This document shows, piece by piece, positions 31,695 through 41,293 of a stretch of 64,000 bases of DNA. The DNA is from a bacterium. GTDB lineage: Bacteria; SAR324; NAC60-12. The stretch covers positions 1,088,001-1,152,000 of the forward strand of contig CBDBHR010000030.1 in assembly GCA_965205865.1 (NCBI GenBank), read 5' to 3'. Each line of letters starts with the position of its first letter. Position 1 is the first letter of the stretch. The notes under the pieces were generated by a model. That model did not search any database. It worked only from the letters and a program-made list of their open reading frames with translations, and was not told the origin of the DNA. Position numbers and translations under genes: made by a program.

Positions 31695-31935
31695 CCTGCC
31701 ATCGCTGAGTTGCTTTGGTGAAAGAGGGTTCCCGATCGATTGAACAAAATCTTGGGAGGGTTCCCGCCCGTTCGATTCAAAATAGGTGCGGGAGGAAGTG
31801 AAGTGATGGATCCTCTTCGGGAATCTTTTTTTACCGATATTGAACTAAACGGCTTCTGACTGTTCCCGGATTTGAGCAGATTTATTGTTTTTTTAAATTT
31901 TTTTGCGAATCCCGAATTTATTTTACATCAGGGGG

Positions 31936-31961
31936 TTGACATTACTTTATTGTGTTATAAT
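31936..31961 (+). promoter_or_regulatory. Sigma70-like promoter with extended -10 (short spacer)
   Basis: TTGACA-14 nt-TATAAT with TGn. Confidence 0.6.
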
Positions 31962-32150
31962 CACGTCTTCGTTAAGTTGTGTTTATGAAAGAAGAGGGTT
32001 TCCGATCGATTGAACAATATCGTGGGAGGACTTGAAAACGATCGATCCTCTCCGGGAATCTTTTTTAACGATATTTAATAAACGGGTTTTTCAGAGACCT
32101 AAATAGTTACGAATCAATAATATGAAATTAATTTTGATAAAGGAGAAATT

Positions 32151-33992
32151 ATGAGACGTCGAATGAATCAAAACCAAAATCTAAACGAAAGAAGAGGAAA
32201 TATGAAAAAAAGAAAATCCAAAAATATCCAATCATTATTCATTATGCTCACCCTCCCTTTGATGGTGGCCGCCCTCGGGGTCAGTTCGGCCCTGGCGGCC
32301 GAGATGGTCAAAGATCCTACAACCGGTAAAATGGTGAGCGCGCCGGAGTTTGGTGGGACCTTAACCTTCGCCGTCAAGCTGGAACCGCCAAGTGCTGATC
32401 CCCTGTTCGGCAGTGGGGCGTCGCGGGGGCCCGATGGCGTTACCGAGAAATTGGGCATGGTCAATTGGGGAATCGACAGGAGCGTGAATGACCTCACCAG
32501 TGCGTCCTTCTACTTGCCTCTGTCTATCCTGACAGGACGCCTGGCGGAAAGCTGGGAAACGCCGGACGCCACCACGATGGTCTTCAACATCCGCCAGGGT
32601 GTTCGCTGGCATGATAAGGCGCCCATGAATGGGAGAGAATTAACCGCGGATGATGTCGTCTATAACTTTCACCGGATGTCAGGAAACGGAAGCGGCTTCA
32701 CCGAACCTCCTGGAGGCTATTCCGGCACAATGGCCACGCTGCCCTTCGCATCGATAACAGCCACCGACAAATACACGGTTGTGATGAAACTAAAACAACC
32801 AACCGTCGGGGCGCTGTCGTCGATTCTCACCGACTGGGCGGTCCATATCATGCCCCCCGAGGTCATCAAGCAACACGGCGACGTGAAGGATTGGCGGAAC
32901 CTGGTTGGCACCGGGCCCTTCATGCTGACGGACTGGGTCGACGGCAGCTCGCAGACCTGGATCAGGAATCCGGACTACTGGGGCTTCGACGAGAAATTCC
33001 CGCAGAACCGCCTGCCCTATTTTGACGGGTTAACCGGTCTGATCATGAAAGAAGACGCCACTATTCTGGCGGCGCTGCGCTCGGGTCAGTTGGATTACGT
33101 CGGTTTGGTTGGCGCCGCCGAAATGATCTATACCGCCCAAAAAGAGAGTCTCGAGCGGACCAACCCCGACATGGCATTCTACCCGTATGGGCTTCGCTCG
33201 GAAAATGCTTTCGCTTTCAACATGGGCGCGGACAATCCGCTCACCAAAGACCTCAGGGTGCGCCAGGCCATGCAGATGGCCCTGGACCTCGAGACAATGA
33301 ACAAGACCTACTTCAAGGGAGTATCCAAGTGGGTACCCATGGGCTTGGTGGGCCCTGCCGTCGGGGGGACGCCCTTTGAAGAGTGGCCCGACGAGGTCAG
33401 GAAAACCTATATGTATGACCCCGAAGGGGCCGAAGCGTTGCTCGACGCGGCTGGATATCCGCGCGGCGCCGACGGCATGAGATTCGAGGTCGCGCTGGAA
33501 CACTACCAGGTCTTCGACGTCGACTATACGCAATTAGCTGTCGCCTACTGGAAGGAGATCGGCGTTGACGTGGAGGTTACCGTAGCGGAACGAAGTGTAC
33601 ACATGGCTCATGTACGCGAACATTCGTACGGAGATATGGCCTCCTGGATTGCTGGCATCGAGTATCTTTCTCCCGTCATCCCGATATCCTGGGGTCACTC
33701 GGAGTCAGCATGGAACCCTCCGAACCTCAACGACCCGGAATTCGACCGCCTGTATGAAGCCGCCCGAGACGCTGCAACCGAGGAGGAGCAGGTGCGGTTG
33801 GCTGCCCTGGCGGACATGTACATGATCGAGAACCACGTGTATGTGTGGGGTCCCACAGACCCCAAGTTCAACGCGGTCCAGCCCTGGCTCAAGGGGTATA
33901 ACGGAGAGGCGATGTTGGGAGGCGATGACCGGGTGGCCCTGTTCTCCCGCCTCTGGTTTGATAATAAGATGAAGCAAGAAATGGGGCAGTAG
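32151..33992 (+). CDS. Peptide/nickel ABC substrate-binding protein (family 5)
   Basis: LAESWETPD, RELTADDVVYNF, GTGPF and DLRVRQAM motifs; RBS AAGGAG (alternative start 32202). Confidence 0.9.
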   Translation: MRRRMNQNQNLNERRGNMKKRKSKNIQSLFIMLTLPLMVAALGVSSALAAEMVKDPTTGKMVSAPEFGGTLTFAVKLEPPSADPLFGSGASRGPDGVTEKLGMVNWGIDRSVNDLTSASFYLPLSILTGRLAESWETPDATTMVFNIRQGVRWHDKAPMNGRELTADDVVYNFHRMSGNGSGFTEPPGGYSGTMATLPFASITATDKYTVVMKLKQPTVGALSSILTDWAVHIMPPEVIKQHGDVKDWRNLVGTGPFMLTDWVDGSSQTWIRNPDYWGFDEKFPQNRLPYFDGLTGLIMKEDATILAALRSGQLDYVGLVGAAEMIYTAQKESLERTNPDMAFYPYGLRSENAFAFNMGADNPLTKDLRVRQAMQMALDLETMNKTYFKGVSKWVPMGLVGPAVGGTPFEEWPDEVRKTYMYDPEGAEALLDAAGYPRGADGMRFEVALEHYQVFDVDYTQLAVAYWKEIGVDVEVTVAERSVHMAHVREHSYGDMASWIAGIEYLSPVIPISWGHSESAWNPPNLNDPEFDRLYEAARDAATEEEQVRLAALADMYMIENHVYVWGPTDPKFNAVQPWLKGYNGEAMLGGDDRVALFSRLWFDNKMKQEMGQ

Positions 33993-34007
33993 GGGTTGCA
34001 TATAAGT

Positions 34008-34098
34008 CCCCCTTGAAAAAGGGGGATTTAGGGGGATTTTACAGTCTTTGAAATCCCCCCTGACCCGCTTTCGCGTACGGCCCCTTTTTCAAAGGGGA
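34008..34098. repeat. REP-like palindromic doublet (CCCCCTT..AAGGGGG type)
   Basis: CCCCCTTGAAAAAGGGGG and CCCCTTTTTCAAAGGGG hairpins. Confidence 0.6.
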
Positions 34099-34113
34099 AA
34101 GGAGGAGCACCAT

Positions 34114-35070
34114 ATGAGAGCATATGTCATCCGGCGGGTATTGCTGATCATCCCCACCCTGTTTATTTTGAGCATCATCGTTTTTCTCTCGGTGCGCTTC
34201 ATCCCGGGAGATGTTATCGACACCATGATGGCCTCTGACCAAAATACCATGGTGGGCATAGACCGGGAAGCGCTTCTGCGTCAGCTGGGTTTAGACGTGC
34301 CGGTCTACGTGCAGTATGGCCGCTGGTTGCGGGGGATTTTCCTGCACGGCACCCTGGGCAATTCCCTGCTGGGCAAGTGGACGGTCGAGGAGAAGATCAT
34401 AGGACGAATGCCGGTCACCATAGAGCTGGGTTTCCTGGCCATCCTCATCGCGCTGTTGATCGCCCTGCCCGTCGGTATCTACTCGGCGATTCGCCAGGAT
34501 ACCGCCGCTGACTACCTGGGTCGCTCGGTCGCCATCATCGGCTTGGCCACGCCCAACTTCTGGCTGGGCATTATGGTGATGATCTACCCGGTCATCTGGT
34601 GGGGCTGGGCGCCGCCGATGCGGCTGATTCCTTTCAGCGAAGACCCGCTGGGGAATCTGGAGGTGTTTCTCATCCCCAGCCTGATTCTGGGGACGGCCAT
34701 GGCTGCTGCCACCATGCGCATGACCCGTACGATGATGCTGGAGGTGCTCCGGCAGGACTATATTCGCACCGCCTGGTCCAAGGGGCTCAGGGAGCGAATC
34801 GTGGTCATCCGGCATGCCATCAAGAATGCCCTCATCCCGGTGGTCTCCCTGATCGGCCTGCAGTTGCCCATCCTGGTCGGGGGCGCGGTGATCATGGAGA
34901 ACATCTTCAACCTGCCGGGGTTGGGTCGTCTGATGCTCACGGCCCTCACAGACCGGGACTACCCGGTGATCTCCGGCATCAACATGTTTTTCGCCACCGC
35001 GGTGGTGGGGATCAATCTCCTCATCGACCTGCTTTATGCTTATTTGGATCCCAGGGTGCGGTATGAATAG
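34114..35070 (+). CDS. OppB/DppB ABC permease
   Basis: RFIPGD, QDYIRTAWSKGL and YLDPRVR motifs. Confidence 0.92.
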   Translation: MRAYVIRRVLLIIPTLFILSIIVFLSVRFIPGDVIDTMMASDQNTMVGIDREALLRQLGLDVPVYVQYGRWLRGIFLHGTLGNSLLGKWTVEEKIIGRMPVTIELGFLAILIALLIALPVGIYSAIRQDTAADYLGRSVAIIGLATPNFWLGIMVMIYPVIWWGWAPPMRLIPFSEDPLGNLEVFLIPSLILGTAMAAATMRMTRTMMLEVLRQDYIRTAWSKGLRERIVVIRHAIKNALIPVVSLIGLQLPILVGGAVIMENIFNLPGLGRLMLTALTDRDYPVISGINMFFATAVVGINLLIDLLYAYLDPRVRYE

Positions 35071-36007
35071 TGAACCCAGGCGACAGGGCCGGCTGGCGGA
35101 TTTTTTCATAAGACTATGGCAGGAGAAACCCCTGGGGACGGTTTGCGGGATCATCGTCTTGCTCTTTATTCTGGTGGCGCTTTTCGCCGAGACGCTGGCG
35201 CCTTACCCCTTTGATGAAGTGCACCTGCCCGCCATACTGAAAGCCCCATCCGCCCAGTTTCTGCTGGGGGCTGACCAGTTGGGACGGGACTTGTTGAGCC
35301 GCCTGATCTTTGGGGCGCGGGTTTCCATGCTGGTTGGTCTGGCCGCGACCCTGCTCAATGTGGTCGTAGCCACCCTGATCGGTATCACTTCAGGATTCAT
35401 TGGGGGAAAATTGGACCTGGCGGTACAGCGCTTTGTGGATGCCTGGATGGCCTTTCCGGGACTGCTGCTCTTGTTGACCATCATGTCCATTGTGGGGCAG
35501 GGGTTATTCCAACTGATCCTGGTACTGGGGATATCCGGCGGCATCGTCGGTTCCCGAGTGGTCCGCGGCGCGGTGATTGGGGTCAAAGAGAATGACTTTT
35601 TTCTGGCAGCCAGGGCCGTGGGCACTCCGATCAGCCGAATCCTGATCCGCCATGTCCTGCCCAATATCATGGCGCCCCTCATCATCGTCTTCTCCATCAA
35701 CATCGGTGGGGTCATCATTGCCGAGGCCTCGCTGAGTTTCCTCGGATTCGGACTGCCCCCCGATATTCCCAGTTGGGGCAGCATGCTCAGCGGGGAAGGG
35801 CGCAAGTACATGGAACAGGCCCCCTGGCTGGCGCTCTGGCCGGGCCTCTGCCTGACGATTGTCGTCTACGCGCTCAACATGTTCGGCGATGCCATGCGGG
35901 ATCTGCTCGACCCAAGACTGCGGGGTGGTCAGGGCAGTTATGGCACTGCGAAGGTGAAACGCAAACGAGGCTTGCTGGCCCGGATACTCTCCCCTTTCAA
36001 TGGATAA
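35063..36007 (+). CDS. OppC/DppC ABC permease
   Basis: LGADQLGRDLLSRL, HVLPN, EASLSFLGFG and GDAMRDLLDP motifs. Confidence 0.92.
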   Translation: MNSEPRRQGRLADFFIRLWQEKPLGTVCGIIVLLFILVALFAETLAPYPFDEVHLPAILKAPSAQFLLGADQLGRDLLSRLIFGARVSMLVGLAATLLNVVVATLIGITSGFIGGKLDLAVQRFVDAWMAFPGLLLLLTIMSIVGQGLFQLILVLGISGGIVGSRVVRGAVIGVKENDFFLAARAVGTPISRILIRHVLPNIMAPLIIVFSINIGGVIIAEASLSFLGFGLPPDIPSWGSMLSGEGRKYMEQAPWLALWPGLCLTIVVYALNMFGDAMRDLLDPRLRGGQGSYGTAKVKRKRGLLARILSPFNG

Positions 36008-36077
36008 GCGCACCAAAGGAGCCCCTCCCTTTTTCCTTCCTGAGAATCGTTGTTTTTTCTTCGAAAGAAGAACAGGG

Positions 36078-36425
36078 CTATAAATCTAATTGAAAACGTA
36101 GTGCCTTGTGAATCGCTTGTATCAATTGTTTATCTGTCACGACTCCCAAATCCTGACGAAGGCGAGTTTTATCCAATGTTCGAACCTGATAACAGAGAGC
36201 AACGGAATCAGCCTTTAATCCAGCGGTAGAGGCGGGGAGTAAGACTTCATTCGGATAAATGGTTCGGTGAGAAGATTTAACAGAAGTCAAAGGAATAACA
36301 TTGACAACCGGCAATAATTGATTGAGTCGTTCTTGGCTGATAACGAGAACGGGTCTTTTCCCTGATTGTTCTGACCCTTGGATGGGGTCCAGAGAGGCAA
36401 TGAAAATATGCCATTGGTAGCTCAT
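36078..36425 (-). CDS. MazF/PemK family toxin
   Basis: LDPIQGSEQSGKRPVLVIS, PLTS and QVRTLDK motifs. Confidence 0.9.
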   Translation of the reverse strand: MSYQWHIFIASLDPIQGSEQSGKRPVLVISQERLNQLLPVVNVIPLTSVKSSHRTIYPNEVLLPASTAGLKADSVALCYQVRTLDKTRLRQDLGVVTDKQLIQAIHKALRFQLDL

Positions 36426-36667
36426 GCTTTTGGCTCCCACCATTCAGAATCGACAATGGTAAAATCTTCCATGGTTTCTTGGAGGTCCGCCAGGAACAGG
36501 GGGTCATTTGCTGCTTTTTCCATCTGGGCTAAATTTTGAGCCGCTTCTTGTTCTTTCTCTTGGGTAGCTTTCTCCAATCGATGGAGTTCCTCAATAGGTA
36601 AAATGACCCCAATTTTTTTTCCTTCTTCATCGGTAATATACTGCTTTTGCAAACGGAGTGTCGCCAT
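36422..36667 (-). CDS. Putative antitoxin upstream of the MazF-like gene
   Basis: QYITDEEGKKIGVILPIEE; 4-bp overlap with the toxin. Confidence 0.75.
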   Translation of the reverse strand: MATLRLQKQYITDEEGKKIGVILPIEELHRLEKATQEKEQEAAQNLAQMEKAANDPLFLADLQETMEDFTIVDSEWWEPKA

Positions 36668-36705
36668 TTTTCCTCATTTTTTTGAGTGGTAGAGTGGGTC
36701 TATCA

Positions 36706-36850
36706 GGCTCTGTTGACATTTCGCTCTAATACTTGAGAGTAGTGCTTTTGAAAGGAGAAATCTTAATTATTCTCCTAAAACCTTTTTTACTTCAGGAAAA
36801 GTTGCTTTGTGTACTCCTTTGGGTAAATTCCCATTTTCTTCAAAATTCGG
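36706..36850 (+). mobile_element. Possible IS5-type end remnant
   Basis: GGCTCTGTTGACATT followed by AT-rich non-coding sequence. Confidence 0.35.
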
Positions 36851-36852
36851 GA

Positions 36853-37959
36853 TCATTCTTTAGCTTCCCTGAAATTGCTTTGCGAAGGAAGCTCAACGGT
36901 CGCCGTGCCAAAAGCGGTCACTAACTCGGATTGATTGCGATTGTGAACGTGAACTTCCACCAAGTGCTTCCCCGCCTCGACATACTTTTTTGTCACCTCG
37001 CCATAGACCGTGTTGGTATCCCCCACCACATTAGGATGCCGGATCGAGGCCTTCAGCTTCTTTAGCGTGCCGGCATCCCCCATCCAGTCGGTCACGATTT
37101 GACTTAACCAGCACATCCGTTGTGGACCGAAGTCAAACTGTCCGGGCATGTTGCGGCGTTGACGAGCATGTTCCTCATCAAAACGCCCACCGGCGCCGAG
37201 ATCGGCGGAACCCTCTGCTTCAAGGGACGCCCTCGGGCTTCGACGTGTCCCGATGACTCCATGAGCAAAGAGGAACAATTCGGTGACCGTATAAGTCCCT
37301 TTTTTCAGGGCGGGTAGCTGCTCACCTTCGGCAACCTCTTCCCAATATCGTATCTGGGCGCCGCGCCTGTTTCTCTCCCACACCAGGGGATCAGCAGCCT
37401 GATGAATGGCTGCACCTTCCTTTGGCTCTCTGGCGTATTCCAGGGTTCCCCCGCTGTTTTGGTAGCGAGCCATCAAGGTCTTGACGGTCACGACGACTTC
37501 TTGCCGTTGATTCGTGTAGGTCACCCATCCCGTATTGAACGCGATGGGACCCATTCGTTTACTCTCTTTCCTGACCGTCGGCCCCACCTGCTCCTTAGCG
37601 GCAATCCTGTCCCCCAACCAGACGGGGCGATGGAACTCGATTTCGGCACCGGCATAGTTCACGGGTAAATAGTTAGTGGACACGCGAGCCCGATCGATGG
37701 CACCCGTTTCCCCAGCGATAACGCCGAGACTCACGCTATAGAAGAAAAGAGGAGGCGCGGTGATCATGCCAAATCGGCTCTTTTTGGCATGATCCTCCTC
37801 TCGCCACAGGGGGTTGTAGTCGCCAACGCCATCCCCAAAACGACGGATATTATCCAGGTTCGCTTCTTTCATAGCTCGAGCAGGCAACACCTCGCCGATG
37901 CCTTTCCTGTATTCTGTTTCAAATTCTTCCAGAGTTGTTATCAGCTTCTTCTCTGCCAT
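36853..37959 (-). CDS. Double hot-dog MaoC/FAS1-like dehydratase
   Basis: IRRFGDGVGDYNPLW...APP; second domain with TDWMGD...NVVGDT. Confidence 0.85.
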   Translation of the reverse strand: MAEKKLITTLEEFETEYRKGIGEVLPARAMKEANLDNIRRFGDGVGDYNPLWREEDHAKKSRFGMITAPPLFFYSVSLGVIAGETGAIDRARVSTNYLPVNYAGAEIEFHRPVWLGDRIAAKEQVGPTVRKESKRMGPIAFNTGWVTYTNQRQEVVVTVKTLMARYQNSGGTLEYAREPKEGAAIHQAADPLVWERNRRGAQIRYWEEVAEGEQLPALKKGTYTVTELFLFAHGVIGTRRSPRASLEAEGSADLGAGGRFDEEHARQRRNMPGQFDFGPQRMCWLSQIVTDWMGDAGTLKKLKASIRHPNVVGDTNTVYGEVTKKYVEAGKHLVEVHVHNRNQSELVTAFGTATVELPSQSNFREAKE

Positions 37960-38024
37960 GAAGTACCTCCCACTGTAGATCTATTTATGCAATTTTAACA
38001 AACTTGATGGCTCACATTGAAAAC

Positions 38025-39629
38025 TCATCCTCCGATTATGGCTGGCAGTTGTTTTCTCAATTCGTTTTTGGCAATTCTCTCGAGGGTCGACCGTGGCAAT
38101 GTTTCAACCACGCGCACTTCTCGCGGCACCTTGAAATCCGCCAGGTTTTCTTCGCAATACCGAATGATCGCTTTTTTCAAATCCTCTGGTGGATTCGGAT
38201 GAGGGATGACAAAGACTACCGGTACCTCATCGAGCATATCGTGTTTTTGCGCAACGACCGCGCACTCATTGACCCATCCGGTTTGCAGGATCACGCTTTC
38301 GATTTCCGATGCGGCGACGTTCTCACCGCCCACTTTGAGCATATCTTTGGCTCTATCACTGAAAAAGAGGTTCCCTTTCTCATCGAGGCGAATGAGATCA
38401 CCGGTATCAAACCAACCCTGTGCATCAAATGCCGCATCATTCGCCTCATGGTTACGGTAATATTCCTTAAACAGAGAAATCCCGCGTACCCCACCAATAA
38501 AAAGTAAACCTCGCTCACCCGCTCCTGCCGGTTCTCCATTTTTTTTGCGTATTTGAATCTCGTACTCAGGTGCCACTCTGCCGATTGTCCCCGCTGGTCC
38601 CGGATGATCGACATCGGTGACAATCCCTTGAGTGATGATTTCTGTCATACCCCACCAACCCATGGTCTTTACCTTGAATTGTTCTTCCCATTCCGGAAGG
38701 TGGGCCCGCGTCCCCCAAAATCGGTAATGGTGAGGGGGGACCGGCAGATGAGCAAGCGCTTTGAGCGCAAAGGGAATCGTTGAGAGCCAGGTCAGTTGGT
38801 ACTTGAGCGACAATGGCCAAAAGCGTGAGGCAGAAAACTTGGGCTGCAAGACGAACGTCCCTCCGACCCACAAGGTCGTGAGCATCGAATATCCTTGGGC
38901 ATTGGCGTGAAACATCGGCATAAAGACAAGGGTCCTGTCTTCATGCAACAAACGCATATGACTCGCACTGATTTTCGCGCACCAAATACCATTGGCGTGT
39001 GTCCATAAAACAGCTTTTGGCCGCGCAGTGGTCCCACTGGTGAACTGGACGGAAAGATTGGCCATCGCTTCTGTGGGTCGTCGTGGCAAACGGTTCATCT
39101 CGGCTGCTAACAACTCGGCAAAAAAGACAGCATCCCTTTCAGACGGAACCGTGGCCGCTTCACCAGCATTGTTGTCAGTGACGACGAGAAATCCAATATC
39201 AGGACAGGCCTCGTGAACCATGTTGGCAAATGCAGGCTGCGTAATCACGCAGACCGCGTTTGTCTGCTCAACATAATACCTCATATCCCGTGCGACCGAG
39301 CGCGTATTGGTGGATACGGCAACCGCACCCAATTCGGCGCAAGCAAACCAGGAGAGTACAAACTCCGGACTATTCTCCAGATGAATGATGACAAAATCAC
39401 CCGTCTTGATACCACGATGCGACAAAGCGCTCGCTATCTGCCGCGCTTCCTTTTGCAAGCGTTTGAATGACCAGGATTCCACCTCCCCCCTGAACGGTTC
39501 CCAAATCATAAATTGCTTATCCGGAGTCCGCCTGCTCCATTCATTGAGCAACCAGGGAATATCGAGGCCATCCACTATCCGACCTTGAATAGGATCACTT
39601 GGTTCTTTTCCAAAATCAAAATGGTCCAT
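38025..39629 (-). CDS. AMP-dependent acyl-CoA ligase (CaiC-like)
   Basis: FTSGTTARPK, WGMTE, GWFDTGD and DMLKVGGENV motifs. Confidence 0.9.
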   Translation of the reverse strand: MDHFDFGKEPSDPIQGRIVDGLDIPWLLNEWSRRTPDKQFMIWEPFRGEVESWSFKRLQKEARQIASALSHRGIKTGDFVIIHLENSPEFVLSWFACAELGAVAVSTNTRSVARDMRYYVEQTNAVCVITQPAFANMVHEACPDIGFLVVTDNNAGEAATVPSERDAVFFAELLAAEMNRLPRRPTEAMANLSVQFTSGTTARPKAVLWTHANGIWCAKISASHMRLLHEDRTLVFMPMFHANAQGYSMLTTLWVGGTFVLQPKFSASRFWPLSLKYQLTWLSTIPFALKALAHLPVPPHHYRFWGTRAHLPEWEEQFKVKTMGWWGMTEIITQGIVTDVDHPGPAGTIGRVAPEYEIQIRKKNGEPAGAGERGLLFIGGVRGISLFKEYYRNHEANDAAFDAQGWFDTGDLIRLDEKGNLFFSDRAKDMLKVGGENVAASEIESVILQTGWVNECAVVAQKHDMLDEVPVVFVIPHPNPPEDLKKAIIRYCEENLADFKVPREVRVVETLPRSTLERIAKNELRKQLPAIIGG

Positions 39630-39689
39630 TTTCCTCTCTTTGGTTTATTTTCATTGGAAAGCGATGCGGTATCGAAGAAGTGGAAAAGA

Positions 39690-39947
39690 AGAATCCCCTG
39701 GCCTGGTTTTGCCACGGACGCGGATGACCAGGGCTTACCGCCCACTATCATTAGTGTCAATGAATGCGATCCGTTACGAGATGAAGGTATCAATTTTTAC
39801 CGATTGTTGATGCGCAACCGAATGCAGGCCCGCTGTGGTCAGCTAATGGGCACGATTCATGCTACCGAACTGTTCCCTGTCTGTTGTCCTGAAATCAGTC
39901 AGGAGGCTACCAAGAGTATTGCTGATTTCTGCAGCGGTAAGATATAA
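39690..39947 (+). pseudogene. Alpha/beta hydrolase (HSL esterase) C-terminal remnant
   Basis: GLPPTIISVNECDPLRDEG...GTIH. Confidence 0.7.
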
Positions 39948-39949
39948 GG

Positions 39950-40169
39950 TAACCTGAGTTCGAGATAAGAATTTAATAAATTCAATATGTTATGGAATCT
40001 TCATATCGTAGAGAAACCTTGTCATTCCTGCGAAAGCAGAAATCCGGAGGTATGCAGCCAGACTGAAATCCGGATCCCCGCTCCCCGCTTTCGCGGGGAC
40101 AAGTTTCGCGAGGATGACATATACACTAGGATACTCATATTATTGAAGATTTATGTCGAACTCGGGTTA
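39950..40169. mobile_element. MITE with 14-bp TIRs enclosing a GTCA-type REP doublet
   Basis: TAACCTGAGTTCGA...TCGAACTCGGGTTA; internal GTCATTCCTGCGAAAGCAG...GGATGAC; second copy at 44226. Confidence 0.8.
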
Positions 40170-40259
40170 AGTAGGTCGACCGCACCCATAAAGGCGCCAT
40201 TAGAGAGAATTTCAAGCGCCATTTCGGGTAGCATAGATATCTACTATTTTTCGAATAAT

Positions 40260-40442
40260 TTATTGATAAGGAACCCCAGCCTCTAGTGCTTTTGCCTTAA
40301 AGAATTCTATACTGGATTTGTTAAAGTCAATGGTGACCTTGACGGTCTCCTCTTTGAACACCAGGTCTTTAGGGGGTGGTAGAAAATCCCCGACAATCTC
40401 AAACTCCATCGGTTCATCAGTGTATTTTATTTTTTTGCTCAT
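40260..40442 (-). pseudogene. CopG/BrnA-like antitoxin, truncated
   Basis: MSKKIKYTDEP...DFLPPPKDL...KVTI...GVPYQ*. Confidence 0.7.
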
Positions 40443-40694
40443 AAGCTTTTTTTCCTTTTCTCCAGTATCCGGCTCCAAAAATTCTTATTTTATGACCCCG
40501 ATAAGTAAATCGAACCGTTAAAATTTCTTCATGCGCCTTCCCAAAACAATAATACCGCTTTTCATCTTGGCTATGTTTGAGATCTTTAGCCACGATACGG
40601 TTGGAATCAGCAAATACATACTGGGCATTGTAAAACGAGACTCCATTTTTTTTCTGATTGCTTTTGTTTTATCCTCACTCCACTCGAATTCCAT
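40417..40694 (-). pseudogene. BrnT (DUF497) toxin, frameshifted
   Basis: MEFEWSEDK then KSNQKKNGVSF...HSQDEKRYYCFG...LTVRFTYR...IRIFGAG. Confidence 0.8.
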
Positions 40695-40957
40695 TTTTTA
40701 TGAATCCATCGTTTGATTGAATAACCATATTTTTATATGTACCACAAACCATATTTTAAACAAGCAATTAATGTCTTTACATTTTCTGTTCAGGGATGCA
40801 TTTCAAAGATCTCAATCTATTGATTTCAACAATTTCAAAAGTCGGCCAATTGCTATCCACTTGTGGAAAGTCATTGTAAGTCAGGGATTGAGACCGCTCT
40901 TTTTTATTTCTAACTGATGTTACGCGTATATTTTTTGCATTCACAGGAGTCGCCATC

Positions 40958-41241
40958 ATGAAAACCTACTACGTTTATATCTTAGCAAGTAAAAGAAATG
41001 GCACTCTATATATTGGAGTGACAAATGATCCTCTTAAAAGAGTTTATGAACATAAAAAAAATCTCATAGAAGGATTTACCAGAAATACCAAGTACGTCAA
41101 TTGGTATACTATGAGACCGCTTCAGAGCTAACAGCTGTTCTCCGGAGAGAAAAACAACTCGAGAAATGGAAACGAGCTTGGAAAATCGAACTCATTGAGA
41201 AAAATAATCCTCAATGGAAAGATTTATATGAAACGTTTTAG
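40958..41241 (+). pseudogene. Small GIY-YIG nuclease (UPF0213-like), 1-bp deletion
   Basis: MKTYYVYILASKRNGTLYIGVTND...GFT then YQVRQLVYYE...REKQLEKWKRAWKIELIEKNNPQWKDL; 284 bp. Confidence 0.88.
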
Positions 41242-41261
41242 TCACCCTGAATCGCCAGCCC

Positions 41262-41293
41262 TGTGGATTCCTGGTCTTCGCCAGGAATGACGA
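41262..41293. repeat. Single GTCA-type REP directly downstream of the GIY-YIG gene
   Basis: TGGATTCCTGGTCTTCGCCAGGAATGACG. Confidence 0.7.

Larger units (their letters stand above)
31430..32090 (+). repeat. Three tandem ~235-270-bp units with GAGG-bounded hairpin modules and a terminator; promoter in units 2 and 3 (putative ncRNA cassettes)
   Basis: GAATCTTTTTT recurs at about 31552, 31821 and 32056; shared AACGGCTTCTGACTGT.CCCGGATTTGAGCAGATTTATTG linker. Confidence 0.85.
29529..32110 (+). mobile_element. IS66-family element bounded by 18-bp terminal inverted repeats, carrying extra cargo
   Basis: GTAACTATTTAGGTTTCT vs reverse complement of AGAGACCTAAATAGTTAC (17/18); no target duplication seen. 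Confidence 0.8.

Noticed and set aside
31449-32066. CRISPR array or TIGR array
   Set aside because: The inter-GAGG segments are homologous to each other rather than unique spacers, there are at most two per unit, and no cas or Nop-domain gene is in the window.
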